A program made the translations under genes and the position numbers. Source: Octopus sinensis (taxonomy: Eukaryota). Taken from it: DNA of 64,000 bases. Shown here piece after piece: positions 50,924 through 64,000 of the stretch (position 1 is its first letter; every line of letters begins with the position of its first letter). The stretch spans positions 89,094,001 through 89,158,000 of the forward strand of contig NC_043004.1 in the NCBI RefSeq assembly GCF_006345805.1, read 5' to 3'. The notes under the pieces were generated by a model. The model was not told the origin of the DNA, made no database searches, and saw nothing but the letters and a program-made list of their open reading frames with translations.

Positions 50924-52602
50924 CTTTCAAAATAGGTTGAAAAATATGGAAGAACGAGAGATAGTTTTAATCATAGGTATTTTATAAATTAACACAATGA
51001 CAAAAGAAAAATGGATATTTTCTACTCAGATTTTAACTGACATGCATACATACATACTTACATACATAACCATCATCATCATCATCATCATCAATTAACA
51101 TTCATTGTCCATGCTGACATTGATTGGCCAGTTTGACAGGAGCTGACCAGCTAGAGTGCTGCTCGTGATCCATGTCGGTTTTGGCATGGTTTCTACAGTT
51201 GGATGACTTTCCTAACACAAATGGAGTGAGGTGGTATGGGCAAGTGTTGAGAAGGGATGAAGAACATGTTCTGAGGAGGCTGATTGCATTCGAGGTAAAT
51301 GGAGCATGAAAGCTAGGTAGAATAAAGAAAGGGTGGAGAGGACAGGTGGAGAAGGAGATTGAGAGGGTTGGTTTGAAAAAGGAGGACACCCAAAACTGGG
51401 CAAGATGGCAAGATGGTGTGAGGGCAGTTGCTATGGCATTGAAGTAGATCCGACCACCCCTGTTAACAGGGACAAAACCCAGGTTTAAAACACTGGATGA
51501 TGATGATGATGACGTACCACTTTACAGAATGTGTTGGGTGCTTTTGCACAGTATTGGCACTGGTGCGTTTTTATGGCACCAGTATGAGTGCTTTTTACGT
51601 GGCACCAACACCCACATATACATATATGTGTGTGAGTGTGTTTTTCATGTATACATGTATACATATTTTGCTTTTCATGCCCAAATTATTATATTATATT
51701 TAATATATCTAATTTGCTTATCCAAATAATAACGTCTCCCCCCTCTCTCTCACTATATATATATAGATATATATATATATATACACACACACATATATGT
51801 GAGTGAGTGTGTGTGTGTGCGTATATGTATGTATGTATATAGACACACACGCACATCATCATAGTATCCATGTAGCGAGGAAAGGACTCCATGCAATCAT
51901 TCAGCTCACTAAATATAGCAGGTAAATTTCCCTCAAATTACACCATTCTGTCCTAAAACAAAATTGAAAAAACACAAAATAAAAATAAACAGGACACATT
52001 TAATGATGTCATCTAATGTTACCCTAGATGTATTATGAACGAATGAAAGGCAGGATGGTCATAACTGGAATACTTTTGATCATAAGTTCAGTCAGTATTA
52101 GGCTGGCCTGGGGCCTAAAACTATGGTAGCTTTGTCCTAAAGATATCTGTTGATCATTGTTACATGTAAAATTATCTTGCTAATTAATATGCATGTATCA
52201 CTATCTACACCGAGATATTTGATAAATTAATACTTTATCAATTTTCATTAATATATATATTTAACTAGCAGAGATACCAGGCCTCGCTTGGGATTAAAAT
52301 GGCATAGTTATTTTTATTGTTTTACTTGCAGCCATGCTGGAGCACCGCCTTTGGTCAAACAAATCGACCACTGGATTCATTCTTTGTAAGCCTAATACTT
52401 ATTATATCAGTGTCTATTGCCAAAATGCTAAGTTATGGGAATGTTAACACAGCAACATCAGTGGTCAAGCAATGGTGGGAGTAGCAACAGACACACACAC
52501 ATACAAATATACACATATATACGACAATCTTCTTTCAGTTTCCATGTTCAAAATCCACTCTCAAGGCTTTGGTCAGCCTGGGGCTATAATATATAATATA
52601 TA

Positions 52603-52657
<55 letters not shown>

Positions 52658-53650
52658 CACACACATGTACATACATATATATATATATATTATATATATA
52701 TATATATATATCTATATATATATATATATAATATATAATGTATATATATATATGTATGTATGTATATATATATATACCCGTGCTTCATAGAACTGTTAAG
52801 ACTGGTCCTCCGGATGGAGAGGATTGTCCTGCAAGAGTCTTGTGCCAGTTCCAGGTAAAAAGCACTTGCACCTGTGCCACATAAATGCACCTGTGTAGTA
52901 CCATGCAAAAGCACACACCACACTCTGTAAAGTGGTTAGTGATAGGAAGAGCATCCAGCCGTAGAAACCAAACGAAATTAGACTGGAGCCTGGTGCAGCT
53001 CTCCATCATGTCAGTTCTGGTCAAACCATCCAACCCATGCTAGCATGGACAACAGACTAGATGATGATGATGATGATGATATAAATGTAAATAAATAAAT
53101 AATCTGATTGCTAAAGACTCAACCAATCAATCACAAATAGTATCTCTGTCATGGGTTCATAATTCATTGTATATACCCCACACTGATATGTAGGAAAAAA
53201 AATAAATGGCAGCTGTTAAAAAAGCATTTAAAATAAATAGCTTGTCTAACTTCAAATCCCATTGACTCCACCCAGCTATACTACACCCAACAGAGGCACG
53301 TTTGTATATGTATGAAACTAGGTGCATACAATTGTATATTTGTACTCCTGTCTGGGTTTATAGCACTGTCATGCAGGTTGTATTCAATGTGTGGATGTGT
53401 GTGCATATGTGTTTGTACATGTGTGAGTTTGTATGTATGTGCACACATGTGTGTGTATGTGACAGTGTGTGTGTGAGTGTATGCATGTGTGTGTGTGTGT
53501 TTGTGCAACTAACTGTGTTTTACTCTGTAGTTTTTTTTTTGTGTGTGTATGTCTTTGTAATTTTATCTCTGGTTCATGATGAAATATTTACAGTTCAGTA
53601 CTTTTCACAATAGAACATTATTTTTAAAGAACTTGCTATTGTATATTATA

Positions 53651-53815
53651 GGCATAGGAGTGGCTGTGTGGTAAGTAACTTGCTGATCAACCACATGATT
53701 CTGGGTTCAGTCCCACTGCATGGCACCTTGGGCAAGTGTCTTCTACTATGGCCTCGGGCTGACCAAAGCCTTGTGAGTGGATTTGGTAGACAGAAACTGA
53801 AAGAAGCCCATCATA

Positions 53816-53864
<49 letters not shown>

Positions 53865-54102
53865 GTGTGTGTGTGTACATGTGTATATATGTTTGTGTGT
53901 CTGTGTTTGATTATTCCAACATCGCTTGACAACCAATGCTGGTGTGTTTACGTCCCCGTAACTTAGCAGTTCACCAAAAGAGGCCAATAGAATAAGTACT
54001 AGGCTTACAAAGAGTAAGTTTTGGGGCCGATTTGCTCAACTAAAGGCGGTGATCCACCAGGGCCACAGTCAAATGACTGAAACAAGTAAAAGAATAAAAG
54101 AG
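53651..54102 (+). mobile_element. SINE family A, full length
   Basis: Colinear with 8863-9255. Confidence 0.9.
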
Positions 54103-54161
54103 TATTATATGAACATGTCTGTATACATATGCACACACACACATATATATATATATATATC

Positions 54162-54811
54162 CAGGGTGTTCAGGCTAAAGTTGATGATTTTTTAAGTACC
54201 AGTTACGCACTGGGATCGATATAATCAACTTAATCCATTTGTCTGTCCTTGTTTGTCCCCTCTATGTGGGCGATAAAGAAATAAGATCAAAGAGGAATTT
54301 GAAGATCTTCCCAGGAACACATTGAGGAATGCATACAGCAGGCTCCAGAGTTGTCTTGAGGCTATGGTAGAAGCTGAGGGTGGCTACATTGAGTGAACTG
54401 TTATCTCCTGGCCATAATTTTTGTTGATATTTTTTTGATATTTTAATGCTTTTATTTCTGGATGGAATATATTGTTTTACTTTGTTTTTGTATCTGGCTT
54501 GCAAGATTCTTTATGTGAATTTGTGTGTTGAAACAAATTTTGTTCTATCTGGGGAGAGTCATACTGCCTTAATATCTAACACACTCACCAGTTCATTCCA
54601 CTCATTTATTTCGCTTCCAAAATTTTTGTTGCTTTTGCAACCTTGTCAATGGAAATTTTGGAAGACACAAAAATAAATAACTAAATAAATAAGTGGAAAT
54701 TGAACTGGTGAGTGTGTTGGGTATTAAGGCAGTATGACACCCCAGGCACAACAAAATATTTTGTTTTCTTCACTTTTTATACAAATTATCAAATTTAGCC
54801 CAGATACCTTG
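54162..54811 (+). mobile_element. Tc1-derived non-autonomous element with nested SINE B tail and fold-back insert
   Basis: Left end cagggtgttcaggctaaagttg; diverged right end caaatttagcccagataccttg; transposase tail IKEEFEDLPRNTLRNAYSRLQSCLEAMVEAEGGYIE*. Confidence 0.65.
54615..54654 (-). ncRNA. Hammerhead-like motif, U3-A8 variant, G12 lost
   Basis: ttcca-TTGACAA-g-gttgc-aaaa-gcaac-AAAA-at-TT-tggaa. Stems I and II pair perfectly. It lies between ~75-bp inverted arms (54535-54610 / 54684-54760). Confidence 0.55.
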
Positions 54812-54874
54812 TGTTTATGTTTCTTTGTAGTATGAGTTTGAAAATCCCATGTGCGTGCATATGTGTATGTAAAT

Positions 54875-54913
<39 letters not shown>

Positions 54914-55005
54914 TGTGTGTGTGTGTGTGTCTGTGTGTGTGTCTGTGTCTGTGTGTGTGTGCATGTGTGTGTGCATGTGTGCATGTGTGTATGTATGTAT
55001 GTATG

Positions 55006-55043
<38 letters not shown>

Positions 55044-55256
55044 GACATTTCAAAAGTAAGTAGATAGCCCTCATTGAATCATTCTATCTTTGAAGACACA
55101 ACTTGGTGTTTCAAACTTGTTAATGTATAATACACAAGGCATGTCTGCAAAATGCTAGATTAAATATTTTAATGCATCAAGTAACATTATTTTGTGCCTA
55201 GAAATAATTCTTTCAAAAATGATGTTGCCTATTTTTTTTTGTCTGTGTGTGTGTGT

Positions 55257-55299
<43 letters not shown>

Positions 55300-55594
55300 A
55301 TGTCTGTGTGTATATGTATATGCATATATACATATATGTGTGTGTATGTTTATATACTTTTTGTCTTTTATCTTTTACTTATTTCAGTCATTTGGCTGCG
55401 GCCATGCTGGGGCACTGTTTTGAAGAGTTTTAGTCAAATAAATTGGCCTCAGGTCTTCTTTTAAGCCTAGTACTTATTCTATTGTTCCCTTTTGCCCAAC
55501 TGCTAAGTTACAGGGACATAAACAAACCAATACCAGTTGTCAAGCAGTGGTGGGAGACAAAAACAGATACAAAGACACACAAGACACACACAAG

Positions 55595-55625
<31 letters not shown>

Positions 55626-56173
55626 TATATATGTATATGACTGGCTTCTTTCAGTTTCCTTCTACCAAATCCACTCACAAGGCTTTGGTCAGCCCAAGGC
55701 TGTTGTAGAAACACTTGCCCAAGGTGCCATGCAGTGGGACTGAACCCAGAACCATGTGTTTGGGAAGCAAGCTTCTCACCACACAGCCACATATATATAT
55801 GTGCATGTGTGTGTGGGAGGGGGGTGTCAACACTATTATCATTGTCATCATCAACATCACTATTATCATCATCATCACCATCATCACCATCATCATTGTT
55901 CTGACATCCTTTTTTTTCTATAGCATAGATGAAATTTTATTGAAGCAGACATTCTGTGGTCAAAGGCACTTACTCGTTTTTCAAGTAATGTATTAATTAT
56001 ATCTTCAGTCAACTGGTCCTCACACATCAGCTCAACTACAGAATATTTAATCACTGGAGAAAGCACACAATGTCACTATCTTTCCTTTTGACAGTGCTAA
56101 TGGTACTAAGCTGAACTGATATATATGTGCATGTATTTTTCATGCATGTATGTGTGTGAATGTATATATAATT

Positions 56174-56228
<55 letters not shown>

Positions 56229-56233
56229 GTATG

Positions 56234-56300
<67 letters not shown>

Positions 56301-56440
56301 TATACACATGCATATACATACATATAAACACAGGATTCAATTGTGAACTTAATGAATGGTATTTTTCTGACACTAGATGGAGTACTTTTCTTGTTGATTC
56401 TACTACTAATACATATACACATGCACACACACATATATAT

Positions 56441-56796
56441 ACTAGCAGTATCGCCCGGCGTTGCTTGGGTTTGCTTTGACCCTTTAGAATTGGAATTTTT
56501 GAAAAATAAAAATTTTGCATTATGTAGCTTGTTATTCTCTTTAAGTGAACATTTTTCTGGTTGAAATACACTGAAAAATGGCAACACAGCAGTCAAAAAA
56601 AGCATCTTTTTGATGTAAATAATTTTTGGTCTTAACATTGTCCAATTTGAATTTTATCTTCTGCGGAATGAAGGGCAAGCCTTCTATTATACTCTCAATT
56701 TTGGTCAACTTGCACCTCAGGGTCTCGGAGAAGATAGTTAGTTGAATGCTACCAAACCTGCTACACACAGACAATTTCAGCTTTATATATAGAGAT
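56441..56796 (+). mobile_element. Non-autonomous Helitron/Helentron-like element (second family)
   Basis: Starts actagcagtatcgcccggcgttgcttggg and ends cagctttatatatagagat. A similar 5' end occurs at 52265. Confidence 0.55.
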
Positions 56797-57320
56797 TTAC
56801 TACATGTGGGAAATTCTGTCTGTAGGTGTGTTTGTAGAGTTGTTAGCTAACTCCTCCTACATTGTTTTATCGATTTTGATGAAACTTGACATGAGTAGAA
56901 CTCATGTCTGGAAACCTTATGGCATACTCAGATTGTTGAAAAAAATCGATAATAGAACCCCTGGAAGGGATCCTTATATATAGCCAAGAGAAATAACCCA
57001 TTCATTTTCCTAAATTATTTGGTAAAAATGAAATTAAGTATGCGTATTTCTTAGTATTTGAACTGTTAGAGTTATTTTCGCAATTTATCCAGTACATCCC
57101 TTAAACAAATAGTATTTTCCTAAACAATAGATCCCCTTATTTCGGTTAGTGACTTATTCATAAATATACCAGCACTAGTGCCCCTGAGGGTAATATTTTC
57201 TGGGAACACCAAAAGCCCTTTTCAGAGTTATTTACTTTGAATTGTTATTATCTCATATCTTACTAGCCTGTTATTACGTAACATGCTTTATGATTTTAGT
57301 ATACATACCTTATTAGCATT
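56795..57320 (-). mobile_element. Partial inverted copy of the 26500-27420 element
   Basis: For example ttttatcgattttgatgaaacttgaca.gagtagaactcatgtc is the reverse complement of 27308-27355. Confidence 0.75.
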
Positions 57321-57321
57321 T

Positions 57322-57578
57322 GAGCGAGAGATGAACTGAATGCAAAGATCATAGCAGCATTCACCAACTTAAACAACGAGACCGTCTAGAAAAGTTCCAG
57401 GAGATTCCAAATTTGTCTGGAGGCTGTGGTTGAAGCCAATAGCAATTTTACTGAATAAATGTAATCTTTAGTATTTCAAGATATTTTAATGTAATTTTAG
57501 TAAATATATCTGTTAAAATGAGATGACAGTGTTATTTTCATTTTTGCATAATTTAGATGACAGTTTATTTACCACACC

Positions 57579-57581
<3 letters not shown>
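57322..57581 (+). mobile_element. Tc1 transposase C-terminal remnant with right TIR
   Basis: ELNAKIIAAFTNLN...RFQICLEAVVEANSNFTE*, ending ...cacaccctg followed by TA. Confidence 0.65.
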
Positions 57582-57619
<38 letters not shown>

Positions 57620-57620
<1 letters not shown>

Positions 57621-57993
57621 TTCAGAGATTTATTATTGCTTGTTTACACTTTTTCGAGATCAGTGACTTTTCGTCACTGGAAAAAGGATATATGTATTTG
57701 CATTGGGACTCCTTCACATTGAAGACCGGTTATTGTTGTGCACTGACGATGGGTAAATACCCAGAAACCCAGGTCCGTGTGTATCACGTCAGGTCAACAA
57801 TGGGAAGGATGGCTTCCTTTTGCAAATACTAATAGGGCTCAGAAAGTGTGTCAATAGCCAGCTGGAGAAGATGTTCTCCTGGGGCTACAAGCTACAGTAG
57901 CATCCACCCTTAGTGGTTAGCCACATTTAAGTGGCAAATATACTTCACATTGTCGTGCAGCTACTGTTTATACCTGGTTCAGAGATTTATTAT
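57620..57993 (+). mobile_element. 357-nt hammerhead-containing unit with 17-nt terminal direct repeat (retrozyme-like)
   Basis: gttcagagatttattat occurs at 57620 and 57977, with (TA)n outside both; hammerhead core inside; no ORF of note. Confidence 0.55.
57738..57780 (+). ncRNA. Type I hammerhead ribozyme with canonical core
   Basis: CTGACGA 57743-57749, stem II tgggt-aaat-accca, GAAA 57764-57767, stem III cc-ca-gg, GUC 57773-57775. Stem I is weak (one mismatch plus G-U pairs). Confidence 0.7.
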
Positions 57994-59339
57994 ATATATA
58001 TATTTAAGTTTTTGTCTACAAAATTCACTTGCAAGGTGTTGATCAGCCCAAGGCTACAGTAAAAGACACTTGCTCAAGGTGCTGTGCAGTGGAACTGAAC
58101 CCAAGACCAAAGCAGCAATTCGGGTAGGTATATAATCTGCCTCAAAGAATTCCATCTGAAACATGCGAGCATTGAAAAGTAGAATGTTAAAACAATGACA
58201 ATGCTGATGATCATCATCATTTGACATCCATTTTCCATGCTGGCATGGCTTAGTTTAATTGGAAATGGTAAGCTACAGAGCTGCACCAGACTCCACTCCA
58301 TATAGTATACTGGGTGCCTTTTATATGTCACCGGCACAGATGTTTTTTATGTGTCACTGACATTGATATATTAATAATTTAGTAAAAATTATATCAATCT
58401 TTTCATATCGACCCTCTTTTTAATTTTATCAATTAATACAAGTTACACACTGACATGTGGTGTGTTGTGGCACTGTTTCTGTGTTTATGAGAATTATGTT
58501 AATATAAATATGAATACATGCAAGAAATAACAGCTAAAACACCCTTAAATGATATCTGCCATCTTATAAATGAAAGACTGGGATACTTTTCTTTCGATTA
58601 TATGTATGGTCATGCGTATGCGGGTACTTGAAAATATATTATGGAGTGACAACCGCGTCCTGTATAGTTACAAGCTGCCCTTTGGCATGACATTGAATCT
58701 GTTCATCCACCCTGTTAGGGATATGGTGAAGTCATGGGATTGCAACATGGTAGAGTGTAAAGAGGTAGCAGAAGAGCTCAACTAAGCTAACAACACTTCT
58801 TTATATTGATGCTGAGCAGAGGAATCCGAGAAGATCAATAGTCAGGATCACCAACCTCTATCAAAAGAGTAACTGCAATGCACCCATAGGTGTAATCAAG
58901 TAATGAAAGATTCACTATCACTCAAGCCCCCAATTCAAATTCATAATGGCTTGCAGGATGGCCTACTGTGCTAACCTTGGATCGCAGGGTGACTTGCTGT
59001 GCTTGAGGAGACCTATTGAGTCAAGTACATCATCAAAATAAAAATCAAATGGATAAAAGCACCATCTGAACGTGGCCGATGCCAGCGGCACCTGACTTGC
59101 GTGTTTTGGTGATACGTAAAGAGCACCAACCGATCGTGGCCGTTTGCCAGCCTCCCCTGGCCCCTGTGCTGGTGGCACGTAAAAAGCACCCACTACACTC
59201 ACGGAGTGGTTCACGTTAGGAAGGGCATCCGGCTGTAGAAACACTGCCAGATCAGACTGGAGCCCGGCGCAGCCTCCTGGCTTCCTAGACCCCAGTTGAA
59301 TCGTCCAACCCATGCTAGCATGGAAAACGGACGTTAAAC

Positions 59340-59372
<33 letters not shown>

Positions 59373-59731
59373 TAATGGAATTGGATGGCAACTGAGAATC
59401 ATGGGAATCTGTGAAAGCAGCAGAAAAAGAAAAACATGAATGCTCACTCAGAATTAACCTGAGATGAAACAATAACAGCAAGTGTTAATATAATGATTAC
59501 TTAGTGTGTTCATATCTGTTTGTGTGTGTGCATACTAATAAGTCTGTTGGGTCAAACAAACAGTTATACTATAAGATTAGGGTTGCTGTGTGTTCTAGAA
59601 GCTCAAAAGGTTTAGTTATGGCTGATATATTTGCATATCTTTGACTATTTATCTCTCCTCTTCTCTCTCTCTCTCCAGATCTAAGATAGAGAGAAATCTC
59701 TATCTCCCTAGAACTAAGCTCTCTCTCACTA

Positions 59732-59781
<50 letters not shown>

Positions 59782-59823
59782 AAAAGGAGGTAATCAGAAT
59801 TTGGATAAAAACTATTTTAAGGA

Positions 59824-59867
59824 TTCATCATGATGAATCCCTAAAAGGGACAAAAGTGCTAAATGAG
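59824..59867 (+). ncRNA. Degenerate hammerhead-like motif overlapping a 20-bp palindrome
   Basis: ttcatc-ATGATGA-atccct-aaa-agggac-AAAA-g-tg-c-TA-aatgag. Three substitutions separate it from consensus. Confidence 0.4.
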
Positions 59868-59956
59868 TAACTTTTATGCAAACCCTGACTACCCCATTCT
59901 TAATATATAAAACCTGTACAGCACATCAAACAATCTATATATGCATAAGTGTATAT

Positions 59957-61112
59957 AAAGGGTGGGGCAGAGAGGACGGACGTTTTTGAAATGGCTATTA
60001 CTCAGCCCCAGTGGGAGGGACATATGTCCAACAGGTACCATTCATTCCATTCTTTTTCTTCTCAGGTGAAGCCATGGCACTGTGGACAATAGAGCATTGC
60101 GTGTTTTCCTACAACAGTTATGTGAAGAATAATGAGTCTGTCACAGCAGTTCAGCATGAGTTTTGGTGCCGCTTCAACATTCACCAAAATGAGGCTGTTC
60201 CCACTTGTAACACAATCTTATGTTGGGTGAATGCACTTTGTACACAAAGTACATTAATGAATAGGAGACTGGTAGGGGCACAATGAATGGTACAGACCCT
60301 GGAAAATGTGGAACACGCCAGACAAGCTTTGATACTGAGTTCAAATCGCTCTGTTCAGAGGCATTCCACTGTATTTTGCATGAAGACCGGCATTTCTACC
60401 TGTACAAATTGGTCATTGGGCAACAGTTGAAACCATGGGACTATGCACAGCGGCTTAACTTCGCACGTCAGATGGAAGCAATTTTTAGGCAAATGACAAC
60501 CTCATTTTGTTAATGAGTTTATGAAACTCATTTTATCTCAATGGCATGGTGAATCAACAAAACTGTTGTTATTGGACCCTTGAAAATCCAAGAGAACTTC
60601 ATGAAAGACTACTGGACAGCCCAAAAGAGATGGCCTGGTGTGCTGTTGGAAAAGCTGCCGTCATTGGTCCTTAATTTTTTGAAGACAGTAATGGAAATGA
60701 TGTTAATGTGACTCCAAGCATTACATTGAGATGATAAACAACTTCTTTGTGCCTGAATTACAACAAATACATATGCCTATTCAACGTGTGTGGTTTCAGC
60801 AGGATGGGGCAACGGTCCACACAGCCAGAGGATCAATGGGCATTCTTCATCCTATCTTTGGTGACCGTCTCATTCCCAGGTCTGCTGACATTCATTGGCC
60901 TCCTCAGGCCCCTGGATTTGTTCATGTATGATTATTTCTTATGGGGAAACCTCAAGGTACGTGTATATGCACATAAGCCCCATACATTGAATGATTTCGA
61001 GGACCCAAGTCGACAGAGTAATACTGGAGAGAGTGGAGGCCAACTTCTAAGAATGCCTTTAGAAATGCATCACTGAAAACAAACATCACATGATGTATGT
61101 TGTTTTCCACAC
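59957..61112 (+). mobile_element. Tc1/mariner-superfamily transposase pseudogene (Tc3-like)
   Basis: N-terminal ESVTAVQHEF..RF...VP..NTI..WV, then G.VNQQNC.YW..ENP, WCAV....IGP.FFE, WFQQDGATVHTA, WPP...DL...DYFLWG.LK..VY..KP.TL. Multiple frameshifts and stops; the right end is missing. Confidence 0.9.
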
Positions 61113-61194
61113 TTGATTTTGACAAATGCTAATTCAACACACCTGCATCGGTTGTCAAACGATGTTGGGGGAACAAACACAGACACACAAACAC

Positions 61195-61266
<72 letters not shown>

Positions 61267-61854
61267 GACGGGCTTCTTTCAGTTTCTGTCAACCAAATCC
61301 ATTCACAAGGCTTTGGTCGGCTCGAGGGTATAGTAGAAGACACTTGTTCAAGGTACTATGCAGTGGGACTGAACCCGGAACTATGTGGTTGGTAAGCAAG
61401 TTACTTACCACACAGCTACTCCTGCGCCTACCCACACAGCTACTCCTGTGCCGATGTTTACATTTATACTGGTAGAATGCACAAATCTGTCTCTAATATC
61501 CACCTATCCTAGAAACAGCTGTAAAGTACCACCTACACCTTCCTCTCCATCATTTGTAAGTTTTTCACTTATGATCCCATGGATTTTACTTGCTTATCTC
61601 AGTCAAATCAGTACTAAAGACCTCTTGAATTTCCTTCTACCTCATCCTGAAGTGTACTCATCTATACTGAATCACTGTGAATTTTCACCCACTAGGCCTT
61701 CCTGGTTTCTTGTTATATTTATATATATTTAAATGTCTTTGTCCTTTACTCAATATGTTGTAGAAATATGTTATAAATTGATTTAATGCCTTGCAACTGC
61801 CTGTTCAAATTTTGCTCTATTATACCTATGTATGTGTGCTCTATTATACCTATG

Positions 61855-61894
<40 letters not shown>

Positions 61895-62109
61895 TATGTT
61901 TGTGTGCTTGTGTTTGTCCCCACCACCACCATCGCTGGTGTCTTTATGTTCCCATAACTTAGTGGTTCGGCAAAAGAGACCAACAGAATAAGTACTAGGC
62001 TTACAAATAAGTTTGATTTGTTCGACTAAAGGTAGTGCTCCAGCATGGCTGCAGTCAAATGACTGAAACAAATAAAAGAATTTATAGATAGATAGACAGA
62101 CAGACAGAC

Positions 62110-62184
<75 letters not shown>

Positions 62185-62423
62185 TACACACATATGTATG
62201 ATATATGTACATATAATGATATGTATTATATATATATATATATATTATATAATATATATATAATGTATATGTGTGTGTATATATATATATTATATATATA
62301 TATACACACACATATACATTATATATATATTATATATATATATATAATATATATATATATATATAATGTATATGTGTGTGTATATTATATATATATATAT
62401 ATATTATAATGTATATGTGTGTA

Positions 62424-62473
<50 letters not shown>

Positions 62474-62981
62474 TATTAAACATATAAATATATAAAGATA
62501 CACACACACACCACATACAAACCTCTTCTCATTCTGAAATAGAAGTTAGTTAAGCAAACACTAGAAATGTCTTATGACCATATTGTTGAACTCACATATT
62601 TAATGTTGTAGGTGGACACTGTAGGAAGTAGAATGATTGATTCGCTTACACCAAAGGTGGATGTATCAACCTCATTTGTATTTAAAAGTAGTGTTTTTAC
62701 AGCTATTTATTTTTTTTCTTTTATCTACATTTAAATTTTGAACCTGTTGTGTATGTCTTCTTTTGAATGTATTCACTATTAACCCTACATAGATTTTTTT
62801 TTTTAAAGATTCAGAGATCATTATAGCAGCAACACAAGGCATAGGGAAAAGTTACAGAAGATTTACAACCCAATTCAATTGTTTTTTTTTTTCACAATTC
62901 TATATTTGTAAGACAAGGAATTTATATTCTGCACACTGATTATATTAGCTGAACTGGAGTCCTGATCTTCATTGTTGACTT

Positions 62982-63021
62982 CACTATGTTTCAGCTGTTG
63001 TACTCCAGCCTTCTTTGGGTG
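62982..63021 (-). ncRNA. Degenerate minimal hammerhead-like motif
   Basis: cac-CCAAAGA-a-ggctg-gagtacaa-cagct-GAAA-ca-TA-gtg. Stems are retained but the core is mutated at positions 4 and 5. Confidence 0.4.
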
Positions 63022-63287
63022 TCTCGTGTTGCACTTGGTTGTTGTATTGGAATTTCAAACCTAAACCTTTATTTGATCCATGGGGGTATACTGTTCTCAT
63101 TCCGCTCTCTGAATTTTATGACTTATCTTACTTCAGTGGATTTTTTGTGATTCACCTTACTGCCTTGCCTAGGATTGAGCTCAGAACTACTAGGTAACTG
63201 CACTGCATTAACCAACATCTTTATCTACTAAGCTATGCCTATAGGCATAACTGGATTTTTGTTTCTTGTCTTTTAGTTAGTGAAAAT

Positions 63288-63632
63288 GCATGGCTCAGTG
63301 GTTAGAGTATTGGGTCCATAATCATGAGGTTATGAGTTCAATTCCCGCACCGGGCCGTATGTTGTGTTCTTGAGCAAGACACTTTATTTCATGTTGTTCC
63401 AGTTCACTCAGCTGTAGAAATAAGATGCAATGTCACTGGTGCCAAGCTGTATTGGCCTTTGCCTTTCCCTTGGATAACATTTGTGGCATGGAGAGGGGAG
63501 GTTGGTATGCATAGGCAACTGCTAGACTTCCATAAACAACCTTGCCCAGATTTATGCCTCAGAGGGGAACTTTCTAGGTGCAATCCCAAGGTCATTCATG
63601 ACTGAAGGGGGTTTCACTCTTACCCTTTACCC
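63288..63632 (+). mobile_element. tRNA-derived SINE family C, full length
   Basis: A box TGGCTCAGTGG, B box GTTCAATTCC, body colinear with 24755-25075(-), and a (TTACCCT)-like tail. Confidence 0.88.
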
Positions 63633-64000
63633 TCTTAGTTAGGGACGAAGTTAGTGCCCATGACTTTTGACAAAGCTTTCAGGAATGACAAGGAAGAGAA
63701 AGTTATCTTCAAACCAGAGTCCAAACCAAAATACTTGCAACAAAATGGACTTTACTAAAGGCACCCACGGGACCAGGTGGAGGTGTTAAACCAGGCATTT
63801 GAACTCAGAATGCAGAAAGCCAGGACAAATACTGTTTGGCGTGGTTCCAAGGTAGTTACAGTTCCAGGAATGCACTACCCCAGATTGGTACTTTTTTCAT
63901 CAACCACAAAGGATATAAAGTTAAAGTTGACCTTGGTGGTGTTTGAACTCAGATCATATAGATTCGGATCAAATACCATAAGGCAATCTATCCAATACTC

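Overview
Eukaryotic, AT-rich, repeat-saturated non-coding DNA. The SINE/LINE/microsatellite repertoire looks like a coleoid cephalopod, probably Octopus; this is recognition from memory, not a database result. No intact protein-coding gene is visible. Nearly all listed ORFs are microsatellite translations or decayed transposon fragments. The window holds fragments of CR1-like, RTE and Hero-like (restriction-like endonuclease) LINEs, at least four tRNA-derived SINE families, Tc1/mariner remnants and MITEs, and Helitron/Helentron-like non-autonomous elements. There is a probable CpG-retaining housekeeping promoter near 15.75 kb with a minus-strand first exon, and a possible 10-codon first coding exon at 45.7 kb. 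The most interesting signal is about ten short type I hammerhead-ribozyme-like motifs of the Penelope/retrozyme kind. They sit in small ORF-less inserts, often beside (TA)n and often inside inverted duplications. Across copies the core 3-8 pair covaries (C-G, U-A, G-C). One insert is a perfect 157-bp inverted repeat with an intact hammerhead on each strand. Another is a 357-nt unit with a 17-nt terminal repeat. All structures were read by eye; none was computed or tested.
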